A DNA stretch of 32,000 nucleotides from Candidatus Saccharimonadota bacterium (GTDB taxonomy: Bacteria > Patescibacteriota > Saccharimonadia > Saccharimonadales > UBA4665): contig CP064992.1 of NCBI GenBank assembly GCA_016699935.1, forward strand, positions 450,001 through 482,000, in the 5' to 3' direction. Position 1 is the first letter of the stretch, and every line of letters starts with the position of its first letter. A program made the translations under genes and the position numbers. Below, one piece after another: positions 25,089 to 32,000 of the stretch. A model generated the notes under the pieces. The model had not been told where the DNA came from and made no database searches. It saw only the letters and a program-made list of their open reading frames with translations.

Positions 25089-26035
25089 CTAAGGTGATGT
25101 GATGCACCGAAACGGGGTTGGGGACATGACGGTTAGTGGTTTTGGTTCTGTACTTACTGGCTCTAGTACCTCTCGGGGCAGAGGCGCTGCCGTACGCGCT
25201 CGTTGCATACGGGCCTCACGAGCAGCTTCGTCTTGGTCAAAGAGAGGAGCATACCGTCTACGGACGCTCTTTTTATTGATAAGCCACACGATCAAAATGC
25301 CAACCTGGTAGGATATAATCACTGGAATTACGGTAAGCATCTGGTCAACGACGTTTGGTGTTGATTCATAATAAAGGCCGAAATAAAGGCAAATAGAATT
25401 ACCCCACGTTCGTACTTGAACATCTTTTGAGGGGTAAGCGGCTTAATACGGTTGATGATGATGAGTAGTAAAGGCAGCTGGAACATAAGCGCTGCCCCAA
25501 ACATGTAGGCCACAACAAATGAAAAATACGACTGGATACTAATCATAGCTTCAACTTGGCCATTATGGAACTGCTGCCTCAAAAGAAAATGAAGGGCTGC
25601 AGGCAAGCCGGCAAAGTAACCAAACAGAATGCCTCCCATGCCAATAATGCCAGAGGCGATACTGGAAAGAACAATAAACCGTTGTGTCGCACCCCGCATG
25701 ATGGGCTGCAAAAAGCGCAGCAGGTTATAGATAATAACGGGTATGCTGAGTGCTACACCGAAGTAAAAGCACACGTTGAAAAGGAAATTTATACCTCCCA
25801 TTGGTGAGGTATAGACAAAATGCTGCCCATGGCTCGGTTCTAAGAGTACTGCTATCAGCTTCCGCTCTATGCTATAGACGGCTGCGCTACAAATAGCGAC
25901 AGACAAAACAACAAAAAACAGACGCTTTTTTACTTCTCTGAGATGAGCAGAAAGCGGAGCCTTTTCGGCAGCTGGCTGGCTAAGCCTGGTTTTCGTTTTT
26001 GCTGCTATCGGCTTGTTTCTTTTTGTCCTCTTCAT
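25089..26035 (-). pseudogene. tatC: twin-arginine translocase subunit TatC, one frameshift as sequenced
   Basis: ORF 25328..26035 (HLREVKKRLFF..., multiple TM segments) continues in ORF 25089..25340 after a frame change at ~25360-25372 (...SAFI / STPNVVDQMLTVIPVIISYQVGILIVW). Confidence 0.85.
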
Positions 26036-26186
26036 TATTCATGCCTTTTCGTAGTTCACGTGCTGACTCACCGAGGCTTTTTGAAAGCTCGGGCAGTTTC
26101 TTTGAGCCGAAGAGCAGGAGGACGATTGCTAGCAAAATTAGGAGGCTACCGGTGCTGAGATCTAGGATTGCGAATTGTGTAAACAT
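25980..26186 (-). CDS. tatA: twin-arginine translocase subunit TatA
   Basis: 68 aa. N-terminal TM then LLFGSKKLPELSKSLGESARELRKG. SD GAGGGA. Confidence 0.85.
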   Translation of the reverse strand: MFTQFAILDLSTGSLLILLAIVLLLFGSKKLPELSKSLGESARELRKGMNNEEDKKKQADSSKNENQA

Positions 26187-26212
26187 ATTTTTCCCTCTAC
26201 TTTTAGCGCTAA

Positions 26213-26221
26213 TGCTATAAT
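26213..26221 (+). promoter_or_regulatory. extended -10 (TGcTATAAT) for the LADTG miniprotein gene
   Basis: TG 26213-26214, TATAAT 26216-26221. Divergent from tatA. Confidence 0.5.
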
Positions 26222-26265
26222 GATGATATCATAGACTCATAAAATGTAAATAAGGGTTGCTTACT

Positions 26266-26511
26266 ATGAAACAATTTTACAACCTCACGCTGAGTAACTT
26301 CGCAGCTCCGTACGGTGAGTGTAATTACAATAGCTCTCAATTCGACAGTTCGGGAGTGTGTGGTGCATCGACTGGCACTGGTGGCACATCCGGAGGTGGC
26401 TTGGCCGATACTGGCACGATGGTGTTGGCATTTGTAGGCATCGCCGCAGCAATCGTTTTGGCTGCCATGATTGTTCGACTCTGGCGACGTCCCGCTAAAC
26501 TTAGCAAATAA
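26266..26511 (+). CDS. small sortase-substrate-like protein with LADTG sorting signal
   Basis: 81 aa from ATG 26266 (TTG 26257 is possible). The C-terminus is LADTG, then hydrophobic TMVLAFVGIAAAIVLAAMIV, then RLWRRPAK, a tripartite cell-wall sorting signal. The N-terminal part has two Cys and a Gly/Thr/Ser linker. Confidence 0.65.
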   Translation: MKQFYNLTLSNFAAPYGECNYNSSQFDSSGVCGASTGTGGTSGGGLADTGTMVLAFVGIAAAIVLAAMIVRLWRRPAKLSK

Positions 26512-26618
26512 ATTCAGCTACTTTCAACTTGCAAGCGTCGCCGAACAGAGCACTCTCGATGAAATGTAGACGAGTGGTGTCACGATAGGAGAAAGAACGG
26601 TAGTATCAAGCTACCCGT

Positions 26619-26723
26619 TTAGCCTAACAGGATGCGCTGGGCGTTGCTATTGAGGTAATACAGCAACCCAATACTCAGAATCAGGAGCATGAGGAGTATC
26701 GTAAACTTGGTTTTTTCTGTCAT
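26619..26723 (-). CDS. 34-codon single-TM ORF translationally coupled to sortase (not in ORF track)
   Basis: Its ATG (complement of 26721-26723) overlaps the sortase TGA (ATGA). MTEKTKFTILLMLLILSIGLLYYLNSNAQRILLG, stop at 26619-26621. Confidence 0.35.
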   Translation of the reverse strand: MTEKTKFTILLMLLILSIGLLYYLNSNAQRILLG

Positions 26724-27349
26724 AGAGATGCCTCCGATAAGGGTTTTGCGACAACGACCAGGCGATTCACCGGGTTCCAAAGAGGGGTGCAGGTATACAA
26801 AGTGAGCCTAGTATCTTCGGTTGCCTCTTGTACGTATGTGTCCGTAGCGGCGTGCGTGCGACTGGACTCCACGGTGTATCGAAATAATTTTCCTTGGTAC
26901 CACAAGCCGATGTCATCACCAGGTTCAAGTTTATTCAAAAAGTAAAAAATACCCCGTGGGCCGGTGTAACTAAAGCGGTGGCCTGCTACGACCGTGTTGC
27001 CACCTTTATCGGGGCTGCTGGCGAATGGTAGGCGCCAGGCGCCTTTGTTGAGAAGCGCATAACTGTCGCGCTTAGGCCCCTCTATGAGGGGTGTATCGAG
27101 TAGCATTTTAGGTATGATAATTCCATCGTGTGAGGCGTCGGCGTGAAATACATCAGGGGTAGTTTTATCATCCTGGGTGAAATTTGGCTTGGTGAGGCGT
27201 TCTGTAAGAGCCTGTTCTGCCGAACCGCCACGGTTTTGCCATTGGTACGATACACCAGGTAGAATTGGCAATGCAATTATGTAACCGTTAATGAGGATGA
27301 TTGCGATTAACAAAACCGTATTGGTATGGTGCCAGTGCTTATCAGACAT
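26720..27349 (-). CDS. sortase (cysteine transpeptidase)
   Basis: 209 aa. N-terminal TM. VVAGHR (catalytic His), TLYTCTP (TLxTC Cys), and Arg in VNRLVVV. Confidence 0.88.
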   Translation of the reverse strand: MSDKHWHHTNTVLLIAIILINGYIIALPILPGVSYQWQNRGGSAEQALTERLTKPNFTQDDKTTPDVFHADASHDGIIIPKMLLDTPLIEGPKRDSYALLNKGAWRLPFASSPDKGGNTVVAGHRFSYTGPRGIFYFLNKLEPGDDIGLWYQGKLFRYTVESSRTHAATDTYVQEATEDTRLTLYTCTPLWNPVNRLVVVAKPLSEASL

Positions 27350-27401
27350 AACCTCTATGGTACCTGATTTTGGGCGCGGATGACATGACTTGTAAAATAA
27401 A

Positions 27402-27957
27402 TTACGCGTTGTTTTTCTGTTGGGAGAAGTAGTTGATTTCGTTTATAACATCCAACAGTGCTTGAGCGCGAACTTTATCGTCTGGGATAGCCTTTGCTGC
27501 CTCGAAAGCATCTTTTAGGAGGGTTTCATTATCTGTACTTTGGATCATCATCATGGTGGTGCGAAACTTTTCTTCTGGTGTTTGGTCGAGGTGGTCAACA
27601 AGGGGTGCGAGTTGGCCGAGCGCCTGCTGTTTCAAATCAAGCAAGTCGCTTGGTACGGACGAGTCGCTTGATGAGGCCATGCCTTGAAATGTGCTGTCGG
27701 TTGGCACATCTGGCGCGGTGGTTACTTGCGATACGGCCGATGTTTCGTCGGCCAGGGGGTTATCAAATGTTGGGGTGTTTGATACGCCTGGGGGTAACTG
27801 CGGTATCTGACGGCGTAGTGCTGGCTGGCGTCGCGGCGTTATTTGCCGTGGTCAAGGTTGAATCGGGTATAGTTTGTGAGCCTGATTGTGTCCTATCTGG
27901 TTCAGCGACTTGGCCAGTCGGCATCGTGGTTGTGTTGTCTTGGTGTCCAAAAAGCAT
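27402..27957 (-). pseudogene. hypothetical Ser/Thr/Pro-rich protein, one frameshift as sequenced
   Basis: ORFs 27763..27957 and 27402..27707 join across the C5 run (complement of G5 27790-27794): ...TPSDTAVTP/GVSNTPTFDNPLADETSAV...DVPTDSTFQG.... SD AAGGGGG before ATG 27957. Confidence 0.5.
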
Positions 27958-28009
27958 TGCGCCCCCTTGTTTGCTTCGGGCAAACCATTTTCATTTAGCA
28001 GATATCAAT

Positions 28010-28027
28010 TTACAATAGACATTGTAA
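28010..28027. promoter_or_regulatory. perfect palindrome TTACAAT-agac-ATTGTAA carrying a TACAAT -10 on each strand
   Basis: Lies in the divergent intergenic region between ATG 27957 (-) and ATG 28062 (+). Confidence 0.5.
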
Positions 28028-28061
28028 CAAACCATAACCAGAATGTGCTAGGTTATAAATA

Positions 28062-29096
28062 ATGCTGGATGACATCGATGCAATTCATAAACTCGATTCC
28101 GATGATACACTCGGCGAAATAGCTCGCTTTCCCGGGCAGCTCCGTACAGAGATACCGTGCGAGCCACGTTTTTCTGCGACGAGTGATATTTTGAATGTGG
28201 TGTATGCGGGCATGGGCGGGTCCGCGCTGGCGGCGTTGTTGGTGCAGACATGGCCAGCCATGCGAGTACCGTTTGAAGTTGTCCGTGACTACAACTTGCC
28301 ATCCTATATTGGTGAAAAGACACTAGTCATCATTGCCAGCTATTCTGGTAATACCGAGGAAACAATCTCGGCGCTCTATGAAGCGGAATCAAAAGGAGCT
28401 CAAATTGCAGTCATTTCTAGCGGTGGTACATTATCAGAACTGGCACTAACCAGAGGATACCCACTTGCGACGTTGCCGAAGGTTATTCAGCCGCGGTTTG
28501 TGGTGGGGTATAACTACCGCGCTTTGCTCGGCATACTACAGTCGGCAGACTTATTCTGGGGCGATATTGGTGAACTGGCCGAGGCAGCTGATTTCCTGGA
28601 AGAAGTAGCTAAAGAATTGGCGCCAGAAGTTCCGGCATCGCGTAATCCGGCGAAACAACTTGCACAAAAATGTGTCGGGAAATCGGTGGTTATGTATGCT
28701 GGCCATAAGCTTGCACCGGCGGCGTACAAGTGGAAGATAGGGTTTAATGAGAATGCCAAGCAGATTGCGTGGTGCGGGTTACTGCCCGAATTCAATCATA
28801 ATGAGATGGTAGGTTGGCTACGGCATCCTGAGCACAAGCCATATGTGGTGATAGATTTGCATAGCTCCTTCGAGCACCCGCGTATCCGTGCGCGCTTTCG
28901 GGTAGCAGAGGAGCTATTAGTCAAAACACGCCCTTCTTCGTTTATGATTGAGGCGCAAGGCTCAAGCCTGCTCCAACAACTGCTGTGGGCGAGTCTGTTT
29001 GGCGACTATGTGACCGTATATACAGCGCTCCTGAGTGGGGAAAACCCGGCACCCATAGACATTATTGAATCGTTTAAGAAAGCGCTCGACGCTTAA
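28062..29096 (+). CDS. bifunctional phosphoglucose/phosphomannose isomerase (SIS-domain PGI/PMI family)
   Basis: 344 aa. GMGGSALAA, IIASYSGNTEET, and the C-terminal half typical of the archaeal-type PGI/PMI family (FNHNEMVGW). Confidence 0.82.
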   Translation: MLDDIDAIHKLDSDDTLGEIARFPGQLRTEIPCEPRFSATSDILNVVYAGMGGSALAALLVQTWPAMRVPFEVVRDYNLPSYIGEKTLVIIASYSGNTEETISALYEAESKGAQIAVISSGGTLSELALTRGYPLATLPKVIQPRFVVGYNYRALLGILQSADLFWGDIGELAEAADFLEEVAKELAPEVPASRNPAKQLAQKCVGKSVVMYAGHKLAPAAYKWKIGFNENAKQIAWCGLLPEFNHNEMVGWLRHPEHKPYVVIDLHSSFEHPRIRARFRVAEELLVKTRPSSFMIEAQGSSLLQQLLWASLFGDYVTVYTALLSGENPAPIDIIESFKKALDA

Positions 29097-29108
29097 AAAA
29101 GTGGTGGA

Positions 29109-30475
29109 CTATACCGATAAGCCGATTCGGGCTTCTTCGGTTTGGAACAGTCCTAGGTTGTTGTCTGCTCGTGCTAGGACGTCATCGACGATTTTCCGAG
29201 AGACATCTTCGCCGTAGAGACTACCAACGTTTGCCATAGTCTGGTTGTGCAGGGCGCCACGAATTATTGCTACCACAAAATCGCTGTCTATTGGAGGGGC
29301 TTGGACATTCGCACCGGCTAAAATTGACTCAGAACGGTCGCTGCCGAAGCGCAGAGTGACACAAGGAACGCCCAGCAGATTCATTTCTTCCTGCATGCTA
29401 CCAGAGTCCGTGGCTACAGCGGCACACTTCCGCATGGCGGCGATAACATCGCGGTAGTATGGCCAGACGTCGGAGTAAATAAATGTCTCGGGATAGTCTT
29501 TGGCGAGCGACGCAATCTGTTCACGCAGACCGAAGGCGTCTATGGCTTCCTCGGTTCCAAAAAGCGAAATCAGGAGCACCGAATTGCCACTTCTGACGAG
29601 CTTCTCTATAGACTCGATAAGTACGGTAAAACGTTTTTTGTCTTGTGTGTTTTCTCGGCGGTGTATGCAAAACCGGATAAACTCACCGCTTTGGAGCTGT
29701 GGGTACTTTTCGAAAATAGCGGACTTTTCTGAGTCAGCGATTGCTTGCTTTGTCGCGTCCGCAACAGTGTTGCCCACGACCTCGATTGTGCTCGGGCTGA
29801 AGCCTTCGGCGAGCATGAATTCGCGGTCAAGTTCTACTGGGGCTGCGTGATAGCCAGAGGCAGGTTCGGACACACGAGTATTCAATTGTTCGGGGAACGG
29901 TTCCATGCTGCCCTGTTCAAAGTTGCTACGTACTTGCATGGCGGCGTAGTATTCATCCCAGTTAAAGCGGCCATTTTGAAGTCTGTATAATATTTTTCGT
30001 AGATTTCTTTTTTTGGCGTCAAGGTGCGAATGCCCGCTTCGACATGGACACAGGCAACTCGGTGCATAAATGAACTGAGGCCAATAGCCATTGAGGTACT
30101 GGTATCACCGTGTATGTAGGGAAGAGGAGTTTTGCCTTGGGCTTGGAGCCATTTGATAACAGCGCCGAACCGCTCGATCATTTGTGCAATTTTGCTATGC
30201 AGCGTGCCCTCTATGCTCAGAAGAATATCTGGTTTGATGCCGAATTCCTCCATCATGCCGCCGCTATAACGGAAGTCGTAGTGCTGACCGGTGTGGCACA
30301 GAAGAACGAGTTCACCGCGCGCTTTTAGTTCGTGATACAACGGCGCTTGCTTGATGATATCGGGTTTTGTCGCTATGAGGACAACGTGAACGATTTTTTG
30401 TCTGACGACAGAACGGTTTCTGTTGCTTCGGGGTAAAATAGTCCACTGGGCTCTCTTTCTATAAGTATTTATCAA
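29109..30475 (-). pseudogene. wecB: UDP-N-acetylglucosamine 2-epimerase (non-hydrolysing type), one frameshift as sequenced
   Basis: ORFs 29882..30475 (VLIATKPDIIKQAPL, HTGQHYD, HGDTSTSMA, HVEAGIRT) and 29109..29939 (EPFPEQLNTRV..., GNTVAD, DSGSMQEE). Joined by adding one base to T4 29974-29977 (DFKNGRFNWDEYYAAMQ...). The start (TTG 30475) is uncertain. Confidence 0.85.
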
Positions 30476-31538
30476 GACCGCGCTGCTTGATTTCTTCTAT
30501 TACTGACTTGATATCTTGGCTATGATCTTTATGCATGACAAGCAGCGAATCAGCCGTGTCTACGACAATGATGTCCTTGAGACCAACGGTGGCAATAAGC
30601 TTTGTCGGGTTTTCCGTACGCACCATGCAACCCTGGCTATCGACGTCTATGTGGTGCGGAGTGTGAGCAACAACGCGGCTGGCATCGCCGTTTGTGTCGG
30701 CAAGGAGGTCGTGCAAAGCGCTCCAGTTACCTATGTCGTCCCAGTGGAACTCAGCGGGGATAAGGACGAGCGGGAACTTTCGAGAGTTGATTACTTCAAT
30801 CTCGTGAAGCATCTTGGGGGCAGATTCAAAGCAGTCTGCAGTATTGGTGTCGAGATATTGACGTACGCCCGACACGCTTTCGGGGCTAGCTTCGGTGTAT
30901 GCCTCAAGCAGTGTTTTGGCTGCAAAGCAGTAGTAGGCGACGTTCCAGAAGAAATCATTACTCTGCGCATAGCGCTTCGCTACGGGATAGCTTGGCTTTT
31001 CAATGAACTTTTCGACGGAATAGACTTTTGGATTGGACTGAATTTCAGCATCAACCTTAATATATCCGAGTCCGGTGTCGGGGCGGGTTGGTCTAACTCC
31101 CATGAGCGCGATGTGCTCAGGATGCTCCGCGACGTACGAGTGCGCCTGCCGCAATACGTCCTGGAATGAATCTTTTTCAGCGATAGCGTGGTCAGACGCC
31201 ATGGAGAAGATGATTGCTTTTGGGTCGCGCCTGTATAGCACTTCGGCGAACAGTGCGAAGGCGAGGGCTGGGCCTTTTGCTACGGGTTCAACAACAAAAT
31301 TTTCGGCCGGTATTTCAGGGAGTAAAGCCTTGATTTTTTCAACGTAATTAGACGTCGTCGATACGAGTATATGATCAGATTCATATACCCCTCGAAGCCG
31401 CTCGTAGGTGTCCTCCAGAAGTGAATGTTCGCTCACGAGGCTTTGCATTTGCTTGGGCAATTCTTGGCGACTAATCGGCCACAGTCTAGTACCAGACCCA
31501 CCAGCGACAATAACGGCATAATTATGCTTGGAATTCAC
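30459..31538 (-). CDS. manC: mannose-1-phosphate guanylyltransferase
   Basis: ORF 30459..31577. Start chosen at GTG 31538, 6 nt after AAGGAG (complement of 31545-31550). AVIVAGGSGTRLWPISRQELPKQM. Confidence 0.88.
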   Translation of the reverse strand: MNSKHNYAVIVAGGSGTRLWPISRQELPKQMQSLVSEHSLLEDTYERLRGVYESDHILVSTTSNYVEKIKALLPEIPAENFVVEPVAKGPALAFALFAEVLYRRDPKAIIFSMASDHAIAEKDSFQDVLRQAHSYVAEHPEHIALMGVRPTRPDTGLGYIKVDAEIQSNPKVYSVEKFIEKPSYPVAKRYAQSNDFFWNVAYYCFAAKTLLEAYTEASPESVSGVRQYLDTNTADCFESAPKMLHEIEVINSRKFPLVLIPAEFHWDDIGNWSALHDLLADTNGDASRVVAHTPHHIDVDSQGCMVRTENPTKLIATVGLKDIIVVDTADSLLVMHKDHSQDIKSVIEEIKQRGLDKYL

Positions 31539-31851
31539 TAATTTCTCCTTTTCATCAATACCTATACTACTATACATCAGCGTATCTGGCTGAACCAGCT
31601 AACGTGATTACTTGAGATTCTATGCGAGTTTCTTTCTGAAGTGGATTTGTTTACAAATTACCATCTTAAATTTTAAAAAAATCTAAAATATACTAGAGAA
31701 TGTCATAAAGAAATGGGAACAAACACTGGTCACACTGTGTTGTCGATGTAATTTTCCATCGAAAAGGGGTTCGCACCTCAGTCTGCGGTTGATTAAAATT
31801 GAGATAACAAGGTTGGGATGAATTGTGTTTTTAAGGTGTTGCTTTTCAACC

Positions 31852-31860
31852 TGTTACAAT
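31852..31860 (+). promoter_or_regulatory. extended -10 (TGtTACAAT) 6 nt upstream of argS ATG
   Basis: TGtTACAAT at 31852-31860. ATG 31867. Confidence 0.5.
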
Positions 31861-31866
31861 AGTGTT

Positions 31867-32000
31867 ATGAAATATGAAATTGAGGTGTTGCTTGCAAGCC
31901 TAGTTAGAAACGCCTTTGGCGTTGATATTGTCGTGGAGTTGACGAGGCCAGAGGCACAGTTTGGTGACTATTCGACAAATGTGGCGTTGCAGTTGAGCAA
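31867..32000 (+). CDS. argS: arginine--tRNA ligase, 3'-truncated by window edge
   Basis: MKYEIEVLLASLVRNAFGVDIVVELTRPEAQFGDYSTNVALQLS matches the ArgRS N-terminal additional-domain pattern (...P....FGDY.TNVA..L). Confidence 0.72.
   Translation, partial: MKYEIEVLLASLVRNAFGVDIVVELTRPEAQFGDYSTNVALQLS

Noticed and set aside
25980-26035. 56-nt overlap between tatA and tatC as a special feature
   Set aside because: It most likely reflects an over-extended tatC start call, because the basic N-terminal tail is not conserved. There is no independent evidence for a functional overlap.
656-29977. Programmed transcriptional slippage or recoding as an explanation for the A/T-run frameshifts
   Set aside because: The runs are only 4-5 nt. 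Known slippage-rescued genes need roughly 8-9 or more identical bases. No stimulatory structures were seen either. Sequencing error or true mutation is simpler.
31578-31866. Possible tRNA, T-box leader or small gene in the 289-nt region upstream of argS
   Set aside because: GGGGTTCGCACCTC (about 31766) resembles a T-arm, but no cloverleaf can be built. No T-box consensus (…GGGTGGTACCGCG…) is present. Only trivial ORFs (<=12 codons) occur.

Overview
This is a chromosomal, mostly housekeeping window from a small-genome bacterium with a Gram-positive-type envelope. Gene content (sortase with an LAxTG substrate, YkuD L,D-transpeptidase, archaeal-type PGI/PMI, minimal TatAC) makes me guess CPR/Patescibacteria, Saccharibacteria-like. 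I cannot verify that without a search.

Gene order: carB (5' partial), orphan gene, gpsA, HAD, HIT plus a small membrane ORF, tail-fibre-like protein plus metallophosphoesterase, XRE-HAD fusion, valS, tsaD, an 851-aa tandem PP2C-like protein, murE, SPFH, L,D-transpeptidase, alpha/beta hydrolase, amidinotransferase-like gene, groES/groEL, Q/P-rich protein, Tat-signal miniprotein, tatA/tatC, LADTG miniprotein plus sortase, PGI/PMI, wecB, manC, argS (3' partial). I saw no rRNA, tRNA, CRISPR array, transposase or integrase.

Main observations:
1. About two dozen frame disruptions affect 12-13 genes, including groEL, tsaD and tatC. Most are one base short in A/T runs. This is probably homopolymer miscalling, but the breaks are unevenly spread.
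2. Two tsaD insertions are built from concatenated tandem heptanucleotide blocks, one of them a canonical G-quadruplex motif.
3. A recurrent (TGn)TACAAT -10 element sits 6-8 nt from the start codons of about ten genes, which implies leaderless mRNAs. Other genes in the window have clear Shine-Dalgarno sequences.
4. A large tandem PP2C-like protein appears to have lost its catalytic residues. It has its own consensus promoter and an A14 tract in the leader.
5. A sortase module has a tiny LADTG substrate with no signal peptide and a coupled 34-codon membrane ORF.
6. A 60-aa protein that is little more than a Tat-like signal lies next to tatAC.
7. Several palindromic or repeat elements occur: an MITE/REP-like double hairpin, a shared GAGGACTGTCCTC palindrome, a repeat-rich groES-groEL spacer, and a palindrome carrying -10 hexamers on both strands.

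I found no complete novel multi-gene system that I can defend from sequence alone.
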